Position numbers and translations under genes: made by a program. Below, in pieces: positions 7,560-19,373 of a stretch of 42,915 nucleotides of DNA (positions within the stretch are counted from its first letter, which is position 1; each line of letters begins with the position of its first letter). Source of the DNA: a virus (lineage: Duplodnaviria > Heunggongvirae > Uroviricota > Caudoviricetes). Where the stretch lies: IMG/VR virus record IMGVR_UViG_2579779116_000016, positions 1 through 42,915 of that record; one strand, given 5' to 3'. The notes beneath the pieces are model-generated. The model did no database searches. It worked only from the letters and a program-made list of their open reading frames with translations, and was not told the origin of the DNA.

Positions 7560-9407
7560 TTATTGCTGTTCTGCTGTAATTTGGCTTGAAAGTATAGGGC
7601 GTATCGCATTTGCAGCATTATTTAGCGCTCTTTCATAGGCTGGTGTTCCTGCTTTGGTGTTTGCCAAACGTAAGAGAGCATTCCTTGCTGCTTTTGACTC
7701 ATACAAGCGCATCATTGCACCGAAACCAGCCTCAAGCCCCATTGATACGCCAAGAGTCGCAGTTGCGCCAATCGTCCTTATCCTGTTGGCTTGCGATTGC
7801 CCCGTCTGTGTTACCACATTTGCGGTGTCTGACCTTGCTGTTTGCTGTAGAACTTCATGAAGAGCATCAAGCTCTTTCATGTGCTTTCCAGAAAAAATAG
7901 TGTTGTAAATTTCACCGCCTGACTGAGATTTCAGCTTATTAACTTCAGTGATGAACTTGGCTGGAGAGTCACCGGACTTTTCCGCTATTTTGCTGACGTA
8001 AGCCGCACGCATAGCATCTTTTCCTTTATCATCCAATGCGCTCCAGATTCGTTTCACGTCAGATGGTTTTCTGCTTAATACAACGGCATTTATAAGTTCA
8101 GGACTGGCTTCACTACTTGCCTTATTGAGCTTGTTAGCAATGTTTTTATTAAGCACCTTATTATAAACGTTTGCATAATCGGAATTTGCTTTAAGGTATT
8201 TTGCTGCGTCTGAAGCCCCGAGGTTTTTAGCAACTGCGTTACGAAGGTCTTTTGACATTGCATTCTCTACCATATTGGTAGCTGCTTTTGCCTGGTTAGG
8301 GAAGACCATAGCATCTCCCTGAACATTAGATCTAAATGCCGTTCTGTGCTGACGCAGGAGATCAAACGTAACATCCAAATCAGTTGCAGGGTTTGCTAAT
8401 TCTTCACGTAGGTTACGCAAGGATGTAAGCAGGCTTTGATTGGCTGAAGTACCAAGCCGTTCCTGTCTTGCGATCGCTGTATTCAGAGCATTCATGGTAT
8501 TTGTAGTATCAACTGCGGCATTACCCATTTTATTGGTGACGTCATTGATAACAGCGCCAGCAGCATCCTTCCGCCCCCTTAACGTGGTGGTCAGAGATTT
8601 CACCACATCATCAGGGTTGTACTCACCAAAACGGTCAAAATAATTACTTACCAGCTTACTACGCGTTGCATATTGCTCAGCTCGCTTTGAGCCTGTCCCG
8701 AGCAAAGCCCCCTCGGCATCCTGAGTAATGCCACGAGTGAAAGCATTTTTCGGCGTGATAACATCAGATGTCATTGGTGTCACGCCCATCGATTCTGATG
8801 TGGCAATTTTCTTCGCCACTTCTGGCGCAATATCACCTTTTATAGCCGTTATTCCACGCCCTATTCCCTTTGCTGCTGCGGAAAGAACACCCTGAGCGGC
8901 AAGGTTAACTCCGGCATTTTTAGCTGCATTTTGTGCGAAATCGCCTTTCTGATTTGCGGCCTCTGCCAGTGATCCAATAGCCATGCTTCCTGCCGTTCCA
9001 ACGCCTGGAACTAAATACCCGCCAATTGTTTCTCCAACTTGAGCGTAGGGGTCTGTCGGTCTGTCTACTGGACGATAAACATCATCCAAAACTTTTGGCC
9101 CACCAAGCCCCTGACTGATTGCATTAATCAGACTTGCGCCACCCTGCAATACGTCAAATGGTATGTTTACCAGACCACGACCAGCCTGTTCTGCAATTTG
9201 CCCTGCACTTTGACCACCAGTGAGCCAATCGCCAGCTTGTTGCATCAATGATGGGTCTTCCCGTGTTGGTGCATTATTGGCCTGATTAACTGTTTGTTGC
9301 TGAACAGCCTGACCAGCAAAATACTCATCAATGGCGGTGCCAATATCTTCGGTGCTCGTACCATCAGGAAAGGTAAATGTCTTACCGTTTGCAGTTACTT
9401 TCATCAT
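7560..9407 (-). CDS. Ejection (internal virion) protein, P22 gp16 equivalent
   Basis: 615-aa ORF, Ala/Gly/Gln-rich; size and position immediately after the gp20 equivalent match P22 gene 16. Confidence 0.85.
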   Translation of the reverse strand: MMKVTANGKTFTFPDGTSTEDIGTAIDEYFAGQAVQQQTVNQANNAPTREDPSLMQQAGDWLTGGQSAGQIAEQAGRGLVNIPFDVLQGGASLINAISQGLGGPKVLDDVYRPVDRPTDPYAQVGETIGGYLVPGVGTAGSMAIGSLAEAANQKGDFAQNAAKNAGVNLAAQGVLSAAAKGIGRGITAIKGDIAPEVAKKIATSESMGVTPMTSDVITPKNAFTRGITQDAEGALLGTGSKRAEQYATRSKLVSNYFDRFGEYNPDDVVKSLTTTLRGRKDAAGAVINDVTNKMGNAAVDTTNTMNALNTAIARQERLGTSANQSLLTSLRNLREELANPATDLDVTFDLLRQHRTAFRSNVQGDAMVFPNQAKAATNMVENAMSKDLRNAVAKNLGASDAAKYLKANSDYANVYNKVLNKNIANKLNKASSEASPELINAVVLSRKPSDVKRIWSALDDKGKDAMRAAYVSKIAEKSGDSPAKFITEVNKLKSQSGGEIYNTIFSGKHMKELDALHEVLQQTARSDTANVVTQTGQSQANRIRTIGATATLGVSMGLEAGFGAMMRLYESKAARNALLRLANTKAGTPAYERALNNAANAIRPILSSQITAEQQ

Positions 9408-10810
9408 TCCACCGTAAATTGAATGCCTGATTTTGAGGTATATGATCCAACCTGATTCCGTGGTTCTCCTGAAGGTGTCGAATCTTGTGCTGGCGCTGCG
9501 TCAGTATTCATTGACATATACCGCTTAACGGCACTCCCCAATGATTCACCTTTTTTAACATCCAACCCCAATATCTGACCGCCATTACGCGATTGTCCAG
9601 GGTTGCCATTCGCGCTCATCCACTCGGCTTTAAACTCATTAAACTGCGCGTTTCGTCGCTCAAGGTTTGCCATTGCATCAAGCCATCTTGCGACCGTCTC
9701 AGGGTTATCCATGTCAGTTGGCGCACCCTGTCGAACGATCTCAACGTCTTTATCCGTTGCTGGGCCGGGAGGTAGGAATTTAAGAACCTGACTGTTAACA
9801 AGGGCATTTTGGCGAATGCGCAAATCACGCAATGTTGTATCGCTTCCGGTAAGTTTTGCGAACATGTTCTGTGCGTTACCGAACAAACCTGTCGTTGGTT
9901 TTTCTGCTCTGAACTGTTGAGCAAGCGCACTCATAGAATTGGCTGAGTTTGATGATGCTGTAGCATTGTTTACAGCCGTCTCGATGCCTTTTTCCATGTT
10001 TACTGACAGCTTAGGTGCTTCGCTAATCAACTGCTGAGCCTTTTCCTGCGCTTGCTGCATCTTAAACCCGAACTCTTGCTGATCCAGAGCCAAGCGTTGT
10101 GCTGCGATATTGTGCCCAGTCATTGCTGACTGATAGGAAAGGTTTTGCCCTCTCGCCTGAAGTGCTTCTCCAGCCTGATTGCTGCGGATTGTCTCTGCCA
10201 GCCTGCCTCGGTCAATTTCACGACCAGCCATCTTGTCCTGAACATTGAAGTAATCAATCGGACCAAGAGCAGCCATCCCAAGGTGATCAACAAACTCACC
10301 AAATCCTGAAGGGTTCTGCTGATACATCTGAGCAACGCTGTTAGGGTCAACACCGACGCGAGTCAGTTCCTTGGCGTTGTTTTGCAGCCATGATTGCATT
10401 GCTTCTGGAGACGATGACGCAAGGCGTGCGCCAGCCGCTAAGGTGCCGATAGAATTACGCTGATCTTCATCAATGAATCCCATGCCTTTACGAACGGATT
10501 CAATCTGGTCTGGATATTGAGTAGCCAACTGACGCAAAGCACCGCGATCACCAGACGCATAAGCATTAGCGTACGCCTGCTGAAATTCTTTCTGCCGCTG
10601 AGCCTGCTTTTCCTGCTGAAACACCCCCGCAATACCTGAAAGGCCTTGCAAAGCAGTCAGCCCAACATTGTTAGCGCCTGAACGCTCAATATCATTGTTC
10701 TGCCTGATAAGCTGAAGCGTATTGCCGATGTCATTTACGCTCGGAGCGTTTGAGTTGACGCCGCCGATACCAGCCAACAATCCGCCGTTTGTTCCTTGCC
10801 AAGTAGCCAT
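9404..10810 (-). CDS. Ejection protein, P22 gp20 equivalent
   Basis: 468-aa ORF; size and synteny with P22 gene 20 (7-20-16 ejection protein block). Confidence 0.85.
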   Translation of the reverse strand: MATWQGTNGGLLAGIGGVNSNAPSVNDIGNTLQLIRQNNDIERSGANNVGLTALQGLSGIAGVFQQEKQAQRQKEFQQAYANAYASGDRGALRQLATQYPDQIESVRKGMGFIDEDQRNSIGTLAAGARLASSSPEAMQSWLQNNAKELTRVGVDPNSVAQMYQQNPSGFGEFVDHLGMAALGPIDYFNVQDKMAGREIDRGRLAETIRSNQAGEALQARGQNLSYQSAMTGHNIAAQRLALDQQEFGFKMQQAQEKAQQLISEAPKLSVNMEKGIETAVNNATASSNSANSMSALAQQFRAEKPTTGLFGNAQNMFAKLTGSDTTLRDLRIRQNALVNSQVLKFLPPGPATDKDVEIVRQGAPTDMDNPETVARWLDAMANLERRNAQFNEFKAEWMSANGNPGQSRNGGQILGLDVKKGESLGSAVKRYMSMNTDAAPAQDSTPSGEPRNQVGSYTSKSGIQFTVE

Positions 10811-10819
10811 GATTACCCC

Positions 10820-11512
10820 TTAAAACAACGAGCCAAGCAATCCGATACCAGCACCAATGCCAGCGCCCCAAGGCGTTGATGTTCCCAAAAGGCTGGCAAG
10901 ACCTGCACCGGCAATCGCACCAGACGTGCCACCGCTAATTGCAGTCTGAAGACTTGATGGTTTATTGGCATTAGCAGCGGCAAGTGCTGCGCTTTGCTGT
11001 GCAATGCTGCTCATGTTGTTGGCGTATGTCTGCCCAGCGTTTGCCTGACCTTGCAGCGCACCAAGCCCAACGTTTGCCAGATTGTTGTAATTGCTCATCT
11101 GGTTTGATAACCAAGACTGACCGAGTGTCGGCGCGATCGTAGCCAGTTGATTGCTTGTGGCTGTCGAACCAAGTCCACCCGTCGCCTCCGCAGCAGTAAG
11201 ACTCTGGTAACGAGCCTGACCTGCAAGGTCTTTATACTGCTGAGAGTTGTAATACTGATTAAGTGCCTGCCCCTGACCTTCTAGACTGGAAAGGTTCTGA
11301 AGCTGGTTAACATACTGCTCCGCAAGAGGCGTGAACGGAGCAAGGTTTTTCATGATCGTCTGCCACTGCTGATTTTGCAGGTCTGCGGCATACTTCTGAG
11401 CTTCTGCTGCATACTTTGCGCTTTTATCAGAGCTGCCACCTTTCCCGCCTTTTTCAGGGCAATAAGGTTCCTCGCCGCGCAGTTTTCTGCCCAGCTTAAA
11501 TGCATATAACAT
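10820..11512 (-). CDS. Ejection protein, P22 gp7 equivalent
   Basis: 230-aa ORF with Gly/Ala/Ser-rich C-terminus; size and position match P22 gene 7. Confidence 0.8.
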   Translation of the reverse strand: MLYAFKLGRKLRGEEPYCPEKGGKGGSSDKSAKYAAEAQKYAADLQNQQWQTIMKNLAPFTPLAEQYVNQLQNLSSLEGQGQALNQYYNSQQYKDLAGQARYQSLTAAEATGGLGSTATSNQLATIAPTLGQSWLSNQMSNYNNLANVGLGALQGQANAGQTYANNMSSIAQQSAALAAANANKPSSLQTAISGGTSGAIAGAGLASLLGTSTPWGAGIGAGIGLLGSLF

Positions 11513-11514
11513 GG

Positions 11515-11970
11515 CTATCTCCCGTGATTCAGGAAGTCGATTAGTTCTTCGCGTGTTGCGCTGTAAAACGTCACGTCATCCACGCCTTTGAAGTATTTCT
11601 TGATGGTTCCTACACGATTAAGGCCAATCATTGCGCAGTACATCTGACCGTGGCGGAATTTGCGTGCAGCGAACGATGTGACGCACTGAACGGTGGTGTT
11701 AGTCAGAATGTATCGCCAGAACGCCAGCCCGATTTCCTTGCTGAATCCACGAACCTCTGGCAGGTACATGGCGTGGCAATCGAAGGTCAGCGGCTGAATC
11801 TCCTGATAGTAAACAATGCCGCCAAACTGCCCGTGCACGTTCACCTCAAAGTAACGGCATTCAGGTTTGTAGTCGTATCCATCACCGTTGTTGCTACCAG
11901 CGATAATGTCAGGGTGATTTCCGACTGCTTCGATCAGGTCGATGTTTCGCGTTGGTTTGAACTGAATCAT
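11515..11970 (-). CDS. Head/tail-associated protein, P22 gp14 equivalent
   Basis: About 151 aa; ATG at 11970 (track ORF begins at GTG 11973); position between tail needle and gp7 equivalents. Confidence 0.65.
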   Translation of the reverse strand: MIQFKPTRNIDLIEAVGNHPDIIAGSNNGDGYDYKPECRYFEVNVHGQFGGIVYYQEIQPLTFDCHAMYLPEVRGFSKEIGLAFWRYILTNTTVQCVTSFAARKFRHGQMYCAMIGLNRVGTIKKYFKGVDDVTFYSATREELIDFLNHGR

Positions 11971-12818
11971 CACTGCTCCGCGATTATCTTGATGGTTGTG
12001 GCAGTAAACGCCGCACCATTTGACTGAATGGTTAACGTGCTGCCATTTGTGGCAAGAAAGCCGTCTTTATCCACGCTGAAGAACGTAGCTAACAGGATGT
12101 TATCGGTTGTTGTCGCCGCATTACGACTGCTCACAAGTGTGTCAGGAACAGAGCCGGAAAAGGTTAGTTGCATTGATCTGTTGGCGGTTCCGCTGGGCCA
12201 CGTCCCGACAATCGACAGCTTGAAGAACAAGGTTTTGTTCTCGTTGAACACAACCATCTTGTTGTTAACGGTGTCGAAGAATGGTGCCAACGAGCCGGAT
12301 GACGGCGTGAGCGTTTTCAGCAGGCTAACAAGGTTAGTCGGCGCTGTCGGGATGGTTACAGATACGCCAGAGTAAACAACCTCTGACTTCTTGCGAGTAG
12401 TGGCATACTCAAGAGCATCGATGCGCGTTTCATGGTCTGAAAGCGTGTTTTGAATGGCGGCAACTTCATCCGTCAGGTAATCAATATCGTTTTCTGCTGT
12501 CGTTAATCGTGAATCAAGGCCGACTATCGCCGCTTCTGCGTTAGTGATCCTTGTTTCGTGGTCCTGTATCTTCGCTTCAGCCGATGCCAGTCGAATTTCG
12601 TGATCGACCAGAATCACATCCTGCTCATCGTTCCTGACTTGTGCGTCATAAGCGCCCTGCCCGGCTTCGTTGGCCTTGTTCGCCACGTTACCAACATCAG
12701 TACCCTGTGCGATAACGTACAACAGATATGACTGCGAGAAGATATTGCGTGGAAGGACTGATGTATCGAGCCGCGTAGCCTGCACAATAACAGGGGTATT
12801 GAGATTCGAATCCGCCAT
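11970..12818 (-). CDS. Tail needle (P22 gp26-like N-terminus) with extended C-terminal domain
   Basis: 282 aa; N-terminus [43 protein letters not shown]...[18 protein letters not shown] matches P22 gp26; heptad-rich middle; C-terminal ~100 aa extra relative to my recollection of P22 gp26 (Sf6-type knob). Confidence 0.85.
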   Translation of the reverse strand: MADSNLNTPVIVQATRLDTSVLPRNIFSQSYLLYVIAQGTDVGNVANKANEAGQGAYDAQVRNDEQDVILVDHEIRLASAEAKIQDHETRITNAEAAIVGLDSRLTTAENDIDYLTDEVAAIQNTLSDHETRIDALEYATTRKKSEVVYSGVSVTIPTAPTNLVSLLKTLTPSSGSLAPFFDTVNNKMVVFNENKTLFFKLSIVGTWPSGTANRSMQLTFSGSVPDTLVSSRNAATTTDNILLATFFSVDKDGFLATNGSTLTIQSNGAAFTATTIKIIAEQ

Positions 12819-14236
12819 TACTCAATCCTTATCTGGCAGCCAGACAAAGTGACAGGTGACTTCGTGATAACGCGCAATTTGAAGCCAATGTTTTTCCTGA
12901 TGCGCCCTACTTTCTTCCACAAAACGCGTTTGTCGTAAACGAACGGTTCATTCTGCTCAATCATCTGCTCACGACCGTAATTGATGCCGTCAGTGGTTGC
13001 AGAGAGGAACAGGCGGTCGGCGTACTGAGCTACGCCAGTGGATGATTCCACCTCCAGATCGAAGCATCTGGCGTTATCCGCTTTGAACAGTGGAGTAAAC
13101 AACAGGTGTTCCTGTTGAAGCCCATACTGGCTGCTGATATCGAACTGCAATTTGCCGGTAACCGATTCCAGCTTATCGCCGCACGTTATCTGATTGCCTT
13201 CGTAAATGAAGTCGATAGCGCGGTACACATCGTCATACAAGCCAGTTTTCAACACACACCATTGCGGACCATTGGCGCTTGAAGATGCGTCGTACACGAG
13301 GACGTGACGCGGAAGATGGATAATCAGCAATTCATGAGCATCAAACCGCAGCGATTCCATCACACCATCAGCCAGTTCATCAGCAGTGTAGGAGCGGAGG
13401 ATTTTCTCAATGCTCGCGCTGGCGATTGGTGACACCTGACCGGAGCCGATGATATACACAGACGGCGCACCCGTTGCCGGATTGCTGATGAACGCATGCG
13501 AATCAGCAAACGGCGTTTTGCAGTAAGTCCCGGCGATGCCTTTTTGCACCATCAGTGATGGCTGTGCGACATACAAAGCAGCACCAACGGTGGTTGCGCC
13601 AGTCAGGGAGAAATATTCAATAGTCGATGAACCAAAGCAGACGATGAAGTCTCGCCATGTCCCGATACCGATGATGCCGTCCGGCTGAGACTCGGCACGA
13701 TATTGTGCGCTGTAACGGTCAGGATGCGATTCGTCTTCAAGGTCAGTGATAAACCATGAATCAGTGCCGTCTTTTGACCACGCATAACGCCCACGTAAGC
13801 GCGTAATGTCGCGAACTGAACCTAACTCATACTGAGTGAATCCACTGTCTGTAGGCCAGTTTGAGACGGTTTTAACCGTGCCATCATAGCGATACTCGAC
13901 CAGTTGACCATTAACGCCTACCGCCTGTGATGTCCGACCATGCGCCATTGATACACGACCACTTCCGGCAACGTCACCGACTTCACTTTCTCCTTTGTAC
14001 AGCTTGCCACCACACACACGATAAACAGCACTCTGCGCCATGTTGTACTCGACGCCGCGAGATACACCGTTCACATCAGAGCGTTTGGCAATGCCCGGGA
14101 ATGAGCGAATATATCCGCTGCTGTTGAGTATTTCTTTGGGCGTAGCCAGCATATTCACTGGCAGATAGTCGATATAATCGGCGTTTCGGAAGTCTTTGCC
14201 GACACCTTTCATAAGCGGAAGTTGCTGAATCGGCAT
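12818..14236 (-). CDS. Tail accessory / head-completion protein, P22 gp10 equivalent
   Basis: 472-aa ORF; size and synteny (between gp4 and gp26 equivalents). Confidence 0.85.
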   Translation of the reverse strand: MPIQQLPLMKGVGKDFRNADYIDYLPVNMLATPKEILNSSGYIRSFPGIAKRSDVNGVSRGVEYNMAQSAVYRVCGGKLYKGESEVGDVAGSGRVSMAHGRTSQAVGVNGQLVEYRYDGTVKTVSNWPTDSGFTQYELGSVRDITRLRGRYAWSKDGTDSWFITDLEDESHPDRYSAQYRAESQPDGIIGIGTWRDFIVCFGSSTIEYFSLTGATTVGAALYVAQPSLMVQKGIAGTYCKTPFADSHAFISNPATGAPSVYIIGSGQVSPIASASIEKILRSYTADELADGVMESLRFDAHELLIIHLPRHVLVYDASSSANGPQWCVLKTGLYDDVYRAIDFIYEGNQITCGDKLESVTGKLQFDISSQYGLQQEHLLFTPLFKADNARCFDLEVESSTGVAQYADRLFLSATTDGINYGREQMIEQNEPFVYDKRVLWKKVGRIRKNIGFKLRVITKSPVTLSGCQIRIE

Positions 14237-14245
14237 TTATTCACC

Positions 14246-14707
14246 TCACGTACTCGGATCATCTTTCTCGATGTAAAACCGATTCCACGTAAACGCGCTT
14301 TTGTTACCACTACCGCGAGGCATGTCATTTCGCCGCTCAAGTGGTGGTATTTTGGTTAAAGCGATACAGATTGTTTGATATGCACTGTCAGCAGCGGTAA
14401 GGAGAGCGTCTGACGGCTGAATGACGTTATCCATGCACACTTGCACAGCGAGTTTCAAAGCGACGCCATCATTTGCCCATGCAGGGATACCTGAATCATC
14501 GTCAGGTAACGGCATGATGCCGTTTTCTGTATCAGCAAACTGATACCCAAGCTCGATACCTTTCGCCTGCCATGCTGCCATCATGTCTTCGAGGTCATTA
14601 ATGGCATCTTCAATTGCCTGAGGGTCGGCATCTGTCAACGTGGCATTGGAATACAGCCCGGCTTTTCGTAAAGCCTTAAGAACGAGATCACCCTTCGTTT
14701 TCGCCAT
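14246..14707 (-). CDS. Tail accessory protein, P22 gp4 equivalent
   Basis: 153 aa; N-terminus KTKGDLV.KALRK.G...ATLTD..PQ...DA..DLE.MMA.W resembles P22 gp4. Confidence 0.85.
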   Translation of the reverse strand: MAKTKGDLVLKALRKAGLYSNATLTDADPQAIEDAINDLEDMMAAWQAKGIELGYQFADTENGIMPLPDDDSGIPAWANDGVALKLAVQVCMDNVIQPSDALLTAADSAYQTICIALTKIPPLERRNDMPRGSGNKSAFTWNRFYIEKDDPST

Positions 14708-14876
14708 CTTCTTCCGCCTTAGCCACTTTTTGCTTCGTTGCGGTTTCTTCAGGAGTTTTTACCCAGCCTTTTTTCAGGTGAGATTTAACTTCTTCGTCAT
14801 CAACAATGATGTAATCGACAGCAAACTGACCACAGGTGATCATGTTGCCAGGCTTATAGAGCATTGTTCGTGCCAT
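14688..14876 (-). CDS. Small conserved ORF between coat and gp4 genes
   Basis: ATG at 14876 with GGGAGA RBS (track ORF 14688..14915 is an extension); 62 aa; P22 has a small ORF at this position. Confidence 0.5.
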   Translation of the reverse strand: MARTMLYKPGNMITCGQFAVDYIIVDDEEVKSHLKKGWVKTPEETATKQKVAKAEEDGENEG

Positions 14877-14917
14877 TGTCTTCTCCCAATAAAAATGGGG
14901 CCGAAGCCCCACCAAAA

Positions 14918-16171
14918 TTACTGCCCGGCAATAACGATGCCCGTATATTCAGGAACAAGTACAGAGCAACCGTACAGAGTGGTGAAACGAGCAGTGGTTA
15001 CACCTTTGATGTGGTCGAAGGCGTAAGACATGATCAGCGTAGCGCCCTGCTCGGTGGTTGCTGTCATTACCTGTGGACCCTGACCAGTCGGGAACGCCAG
15101 TTTGCCGTACATCAGCTCAACAGAACCATCAGCCCAGAACAGGTTAGCAGGTGCTGCGTTCTTGTTGAGAATGGTGATTGCTGCTGATGCTGCCGGCTTG
15201 GCATCGACGTTTGCATATGGACGACTCGCAACATCGGCATTTTCAACAGGGAGAATCTTTGGAGAGATTGTTACGGTAGTTCCGCTAACAGCCAGAACAC
15301 GGAATACCTGCGGTTGCCCGGTGGTATCTTTTGTGATCTGGTGTACGGAATTCACACCGGCAATGGTGAACGCATCACCAACCTGCAAGCCAGATGCAGA
15401 TACCGTAATAGTCCCCTGTCGGTTATCAACTGGCATACCATTTGAATCTTTCGCTTCAACCTTGTGTTCAGGTTGGCCTGATACTGTCAAGGATTCAGCG
15501 CTTCCTTTCGGTAATCGACCAGAAATATCGGTCTTGTAGCTATCAAAGGAAGCAACCGGAGGGATCTGCGCTTTTTCGTATGCTGTCAGGGTTGCGCCCT
15601 GAGCATAGGCACGGTGACCAAGCTCGCCTGCAAGATCTTTGTAGTTGAAGGGGTTCCAGAAAGAGCGACGGTTGATGCCCTGAGGTACACCAATCGCCGT
15701 CATGGTGGCATCAATGCCTGCCGCACAGTTCCACAAATCACGGCCCTGTGTACCTGTGGTTGAGTCAGCCATCGTGATCACGTTAGTAGCACGCTGCGTG
15801 ACCATGGAAATCAGGTCAGAGTCAATCTGTGCAGCAAGGCGCATACCTGCGGCGCGACCAGCTTCAGTTTTATGTTCCGGGTCACGCATTTCACGCGCAT
15901 CCAGAGTGTACAGAATGTTTTTCGGCTCCTTGAACACAGAAGGAACAAGGCGCTGAACCAGTGCTGTTGGCGTTTTGCTGCTGAGGTCGAGGCCTTCCTC
16001 AATATTCATGTGGTAATGCTGCGGACGATACAGAACATCACCTGCTCGCTGCATTGCTGTATCACCGGGACGGAATTTTTTAGCGTTACGGGAAACTACG
16101 CAGGCGGCCTCAAAGCCTTCAACGTAGTTTTCGAACATGATTTCAAGGTCTTTTGCTAATTGGTTAGCCAT
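14918..16171 (-). CDS. Major capsid (coat) protein
   Basis: 417-aa ORF directly downstream of scaffold gene; size and position match the P22/Sf6 coat protein. Confidence 0.88.
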   Translation of the reverse strand: MANQLAKDLEIMFENYVEGFEAACVVSRNAKKFRPGDTAMQRAGDVLYRPQHYHMNIEEGLDLSSKTPTALVQRLVPSVFKEPKNILYTLDAREMRDPEHKTEAGRAAGMRLAAQIDSDLISMVTQRATNVITMADSTTGTQGRDLWNCAAGIDATMTAIGVPQGINRRSFWNPFNYKDLAGELGHRAYAQGATLTAYEKAQIPPVASFDSYKTDISGRLPKGSAESLTVSGQPEHKVEAKDSNGMPVDNRQGTITVSASGLQVGDAFTIAGVNSVHQITKDTTGQPQVFRVLAVSGTTVTISPKILPVENADVASRPYANVDAKPAASAAITILNKNAAPANLFWADGSVELMYGKLAFPTGQGPQVMTATTEQGATLIMSYAFDHIKGVTTARFTTLYGCSVLVPEYTGIVIAGQ

Positions 16172-16189
16172 GCTTAATGCTCCGATAGG

Positions 16190-17083
16190 TTATTTTTTTG
16201 CCTTTTTAGCGGCGAAATACGGCGTCCAGTCACCAGTTTCCAGCGCCTTGGCTTTCAGTTTGTCGAGGTTATTGATTACTGCGCCGTTGCTCCCCTTAAC
16301 TGTCGGGGTTGTGGCTGCCGTGGTTTTTGCTTTTGGCATGATTCTGGCCTTAGATTCGATACGTTCCAGCAGACGACCAATTGCTACGGGGTTGGTAGCT
16401 TCTGCCAGTTGCTTGCGCAGTTCAGCGTTGCGACCAAGCGCCAGAACAACGATTTCCGGCTTCTCTGACTCAAACAGGATCGCGTTTTGTGTCTCGATGG
16501 GGATTTCCTCGAGTACGGCCTGTTCTGCTTCCTGATAGCCAGGAACCTTGAGAGCCTTAACACGTTGCTGATATTTGGATAATCGCTCTTGATAAGCAGC
16601 CTGAAGCTCCTGCTCCTTCTGCTTGCGAGCCATCTCCTGTTGCTGGTACTTTCCGTTATCCTCTGCCCACTTAGCCATGCGTTGCTGATAGATTTCTTCA
16701 TCGAAACCGATGTCCTCATCATCCAGTTTTGGCATTCGCGGTGGTTGAGTGATTACCGGCTGCTGCTCGACGGGTTTCTGAGACTGACGCATCAGCTCTT
16801 TCAGCTCGCGATCTTTCTCTTTAATCGTCTTGCGCAGGTGTTTTACCAGTCCATGCTCTGCGCTATCTTCGCTGGTTGGCGAATCCAGCTTTTCGTCACC
16901 AAAGTAGAATTCCTGTTCTGATTCGTCGTCATCAGTTTCAGTAGCTTCCCCTGCATCATTGCCGGAGGACTCACTGCCATCTTCTGTTTCGACTTCTTCA
17001 GCCAGTTCGACATCATCAGGAATCTGCTCTGACGCGTCGGTTTCGATTTCAACTTCTGGTGTGTTTTCTGCCATCTGGTCCAT
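16190..17083 (-). CDS. Scaffolding protein
   Basis: 297-aa highly acidic, helical, Glu/Lys/Gln-rich protein between portal and coat genes. Confidence 0.85.
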   Translation of the reverse strand: MDQMAENTPEVEIETDASEQIPDDVELAEEVETEDGSESSGNDAGEATETDDDESEQEFYFGDEKLDSPTSEDSAEHGLVKHLRKTIKEKDRELKELMRQSQKPVEQQPVITQPPRMPKLDDEDIGFDEEIYQQRMAKWAEDNGKYQQQEMARKQKEQELQAAYQERLSKYQQRVKALKVPGYQEAEQAVLEEIPIETQNAILFESEKPEIVVLALGRNAELRKQLAEATNPVAIGRLLERIESKARIMPKAKTTAATTPTVKGSNGAVINNLDKLKAKALETGDWTPYFAAKKAKK

Positions 17084-17173
17084 TTGTTACCCCTGTTTAC
17101 TCGATGTTCAGCCCATCGGAAGGCAATAGGGTGCCAGGCCTCATAAAGACAGCCATTGCACGTTATGGGTTAA

Positions 17174-19372
17174 TTACTGCTGTGGTTGTTGCTGAGTTGA
17201 TTTTTGCAGGATGCTGTTGATGTCCATGCGCTGCGCATGACCCTGTGCCTGACTTTTCAGGACAAGCTCTGCATCAGCACGGGCATTGTCTCCTTGCTGT
17301 TGCTGGAACTGTCCGAGCAGTTTCAGAGCCTCGCGGATATCAGATTTCTGCTGGCTATCGGCAGATGCGAGTATTTTCACAACATTTGCCGCTGCAACCT
17401 GAGCATCAGTCTGTGCCTGGAATGCTTTAACCTGAATGGCTGCCTGTTCGTTCTGCGCTTTCTGCAATTCAGCCTGACCAGCAAGAAGCTGACCTTGCGC
17501 TGCAACCATAGCCGGATCTGGCTGACTGGCCTGTTGTTGTTTCGCCTGTTCAACCATCTGCTGTTCTTCAGGCGTTCTCGGCTTGATAACGCCAGACAGA
17601 AGCAACTGATTGCGGTTGTATTCTTTAAGGTCGTCCATCCCTTCGCCGTCCATATTGTCGAGAATCATCGACGATACAAGGTCATGCTTCGGCGTTCCTG
17701 GCGGGATAAGTGCCAGCATGGAAAGTAACGACTTAACCGTTGCATCACGGCGAGTAGCGAACGACTGACCGACATCGACAGTCACTTCATAGTTACCCTG
17801 CGAAAGGTCGTTAAGCGCGATAACCTGCCCTGTCTGACGGTCAACCACTTCACCAGTCATCAGCGCCACGTCATCGCTGCCGTCCTCATTAACGATGCGC
17901 ATTGGCGTATCGCTGCCATAGACTTCACGAGCCATAGAAAGCCACACGACGCCAGCACGGCGCATGGATTTAGCCATGTTGTCCATGTAGATATAGGACT
18001 GCGTGTCCATCCGGTTAAAGATGCTATCAACGGTATCGGTAGCGACGTTGCTCGGCATGTTCTCAAGCTGCGACGCACCTGTAATTTGCTGAATAGCCGT
18101 TCCGGTGTACTGCAATAGCCCGGCAAGAGCAGGAGGCATTTGTGTCGGAGGTGTCCAGCCAGCAACCTGAGCCTCTGAAATGACCGTTCCGTTTTTGTCC
18201 TTCTTGCTGGTCATGGGAAGAACTGCAGGTCTTTTCTTATTCCTCTCTGCCCAGTGATTCATTAATGGGCCGGGAATGAAATCAACATCCACGATAGGAA
18301 TGCCATCACCGCCAGCCTGAGTAGCGTTATCTGCAATCATGGAAACCATCAGGTTCTCAAGACGCTGTGCATCCATCGCTTTTGCTGCGTGGCCTTCGAT
18401 TCGCTCCTGATTATCAACAAATGAGCGACGCCCATATACCGGGATGAGAGGAATATGTTCACCCGGAATACGCTTCGGTTCTTCCAGCCATTCAGCGCCA
18501 GACAGAAGACCGCAATAAACTCTGCGTTTCTTCACTGTCCTCTCACCGATCAGCTCGAATGCACCATCGGTTAGCTCGTCAACAATATCTTTGATTTGCT
18601 CTTCATCATAGATTGCCGTTTCTCCGCTAACAGGGTTACGCCATGCTGTGAGCTTCACCTTCTCTATGCGAACTTCGTAGTAGCGTCCAACATAGATGGC
18701 ATCAGGCGTTGACCAGTCATATTGAGTGCCAGTGTCATCACGAGAAAGGCTTGCCGCGATGGAATCAGGGTATTCAGCCTCGAACGCTTTAGGCGTCATG
18801 GAGAACATTTCCATAGCCCACATAGCATCAGAGCGGTCATATTGCTTGCTGTCCTGATCGAAGAAGACGCATGTCGCTGGGTCGTAAACAGGAAGAAGGC
18901 TGATGCGGCGCTGCTCGTTACTCGGATCCATTTCATCTTCGTAATCGGCACACATGCGGAAACAACCGAATCCGCCCGTTACAGCATCATCAAATGCGTT
19001 ATCACACGCTTCGCCACCGGATGTTTCCTGATAGTCAGCGCGGAATTTGCCGTTCATCTTTTCGGCTAACGCTTCCGATGCCTTATCGTCCTTCGGCCTG
19101 AATTTAACGCTGATGCGATTCTGTCGATACTCGCCAATGATGCGATCACATTCACGGGAAATCTTATTCAGTTCAAAACGCGGATAATGCTCAAACCTGC
19201 CTTCATCAAATGAGTAACCCGCGTTTGTGCTGCCTTCCCACTGTGCGCCGGATACCCGGACGAAACGTTGAGCCTCAATAATCTGCTCACGCATATCCTG
19301 CGTTGCTGACCAGGCATTATCAAAGTTGCACAGCACCTTGCGATGCCAGTCAGTCATCTTTTTTTCTGCCAT
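17174..19372 (-). CDS. Portal protein
   Basis: 732-aa ORF immediately downstream of terminase large subunit; Gln-rich C-terminal barrel-like tail as in the P22 portal. Confidence 0.9.
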   Translation of the reverse strand: MAEKKMTDWHRKVLCNFDNAWSATQDMREQIIEAQRFVRVSGAQWEGSTNAGYSFDEGRFEHYPRFELNKISRECDRIIGEYRQNRISVKFRPKDDKASEALAEKMNGKFRADYQETSGGEACDNAFDDAVTGGFGCFRMCADYEDEMDPSNEQRRISLLPVYDPATCVFFDQDSKQYDRSDAMWAMEMFSMTPKAFEAEYPDSIAASLSRDDTGTQYDWSTPDAIYVGRYYEVRIEKVKLTAWRNPVSGETAIYDEEQIKDIVDELTDGAFELIGERTVKKRRVYCGLLSGAEWLEEPKRIPGEHIPLIPVYGRRSFVDNQERIEGHAAKAMDAQRLENLMVSMIADNATQAGGDGIPIVDVDFIPGPLMNHWAERNKKRPAVLPMTSKKDKNGTVISEAQVAGWTPPTQMPPALAGLLQYTGTAIQQITGASQLENMPSNVATDTVDSIFNRMDTQSYIYMDNMAKSMRRAGVVWLSMAREVYGSDTPMRIVNEDGSDDVALMTGEVVDRQTGQVIALNDLSQGNYEVTVDVGQSFATRRDATVKSLLSMLALIPPGTPKHDLVSSMILDNMDGEGMDDLKEYNRNQLLLSGVIKPRTPEEQQMVEQAKQQQASQPDPAMVAAQGQLLAGQAELQKAQNEQAAIQVKAFQAQTDAQVAAANVVKILASADSQQKSDIREALKLLGQFQQQQGDNARADAELVLKSQAQGHAQRMDINSILQKSTQQQPQQ

Positions 19373-19373
19373 A

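Noticed and set aside
15102-15539. Plus-strand ORFs antisense to coat, portal, terminase and ejection genes (e.g. 7610..7900, 9593..9791, 15102..15539, 16589..16921, 17204..17728, 19416..20054)
   Set aside because: All lie fully within conserved minus-strand structural genes and have compositionally biased translations typical of antisense frames.
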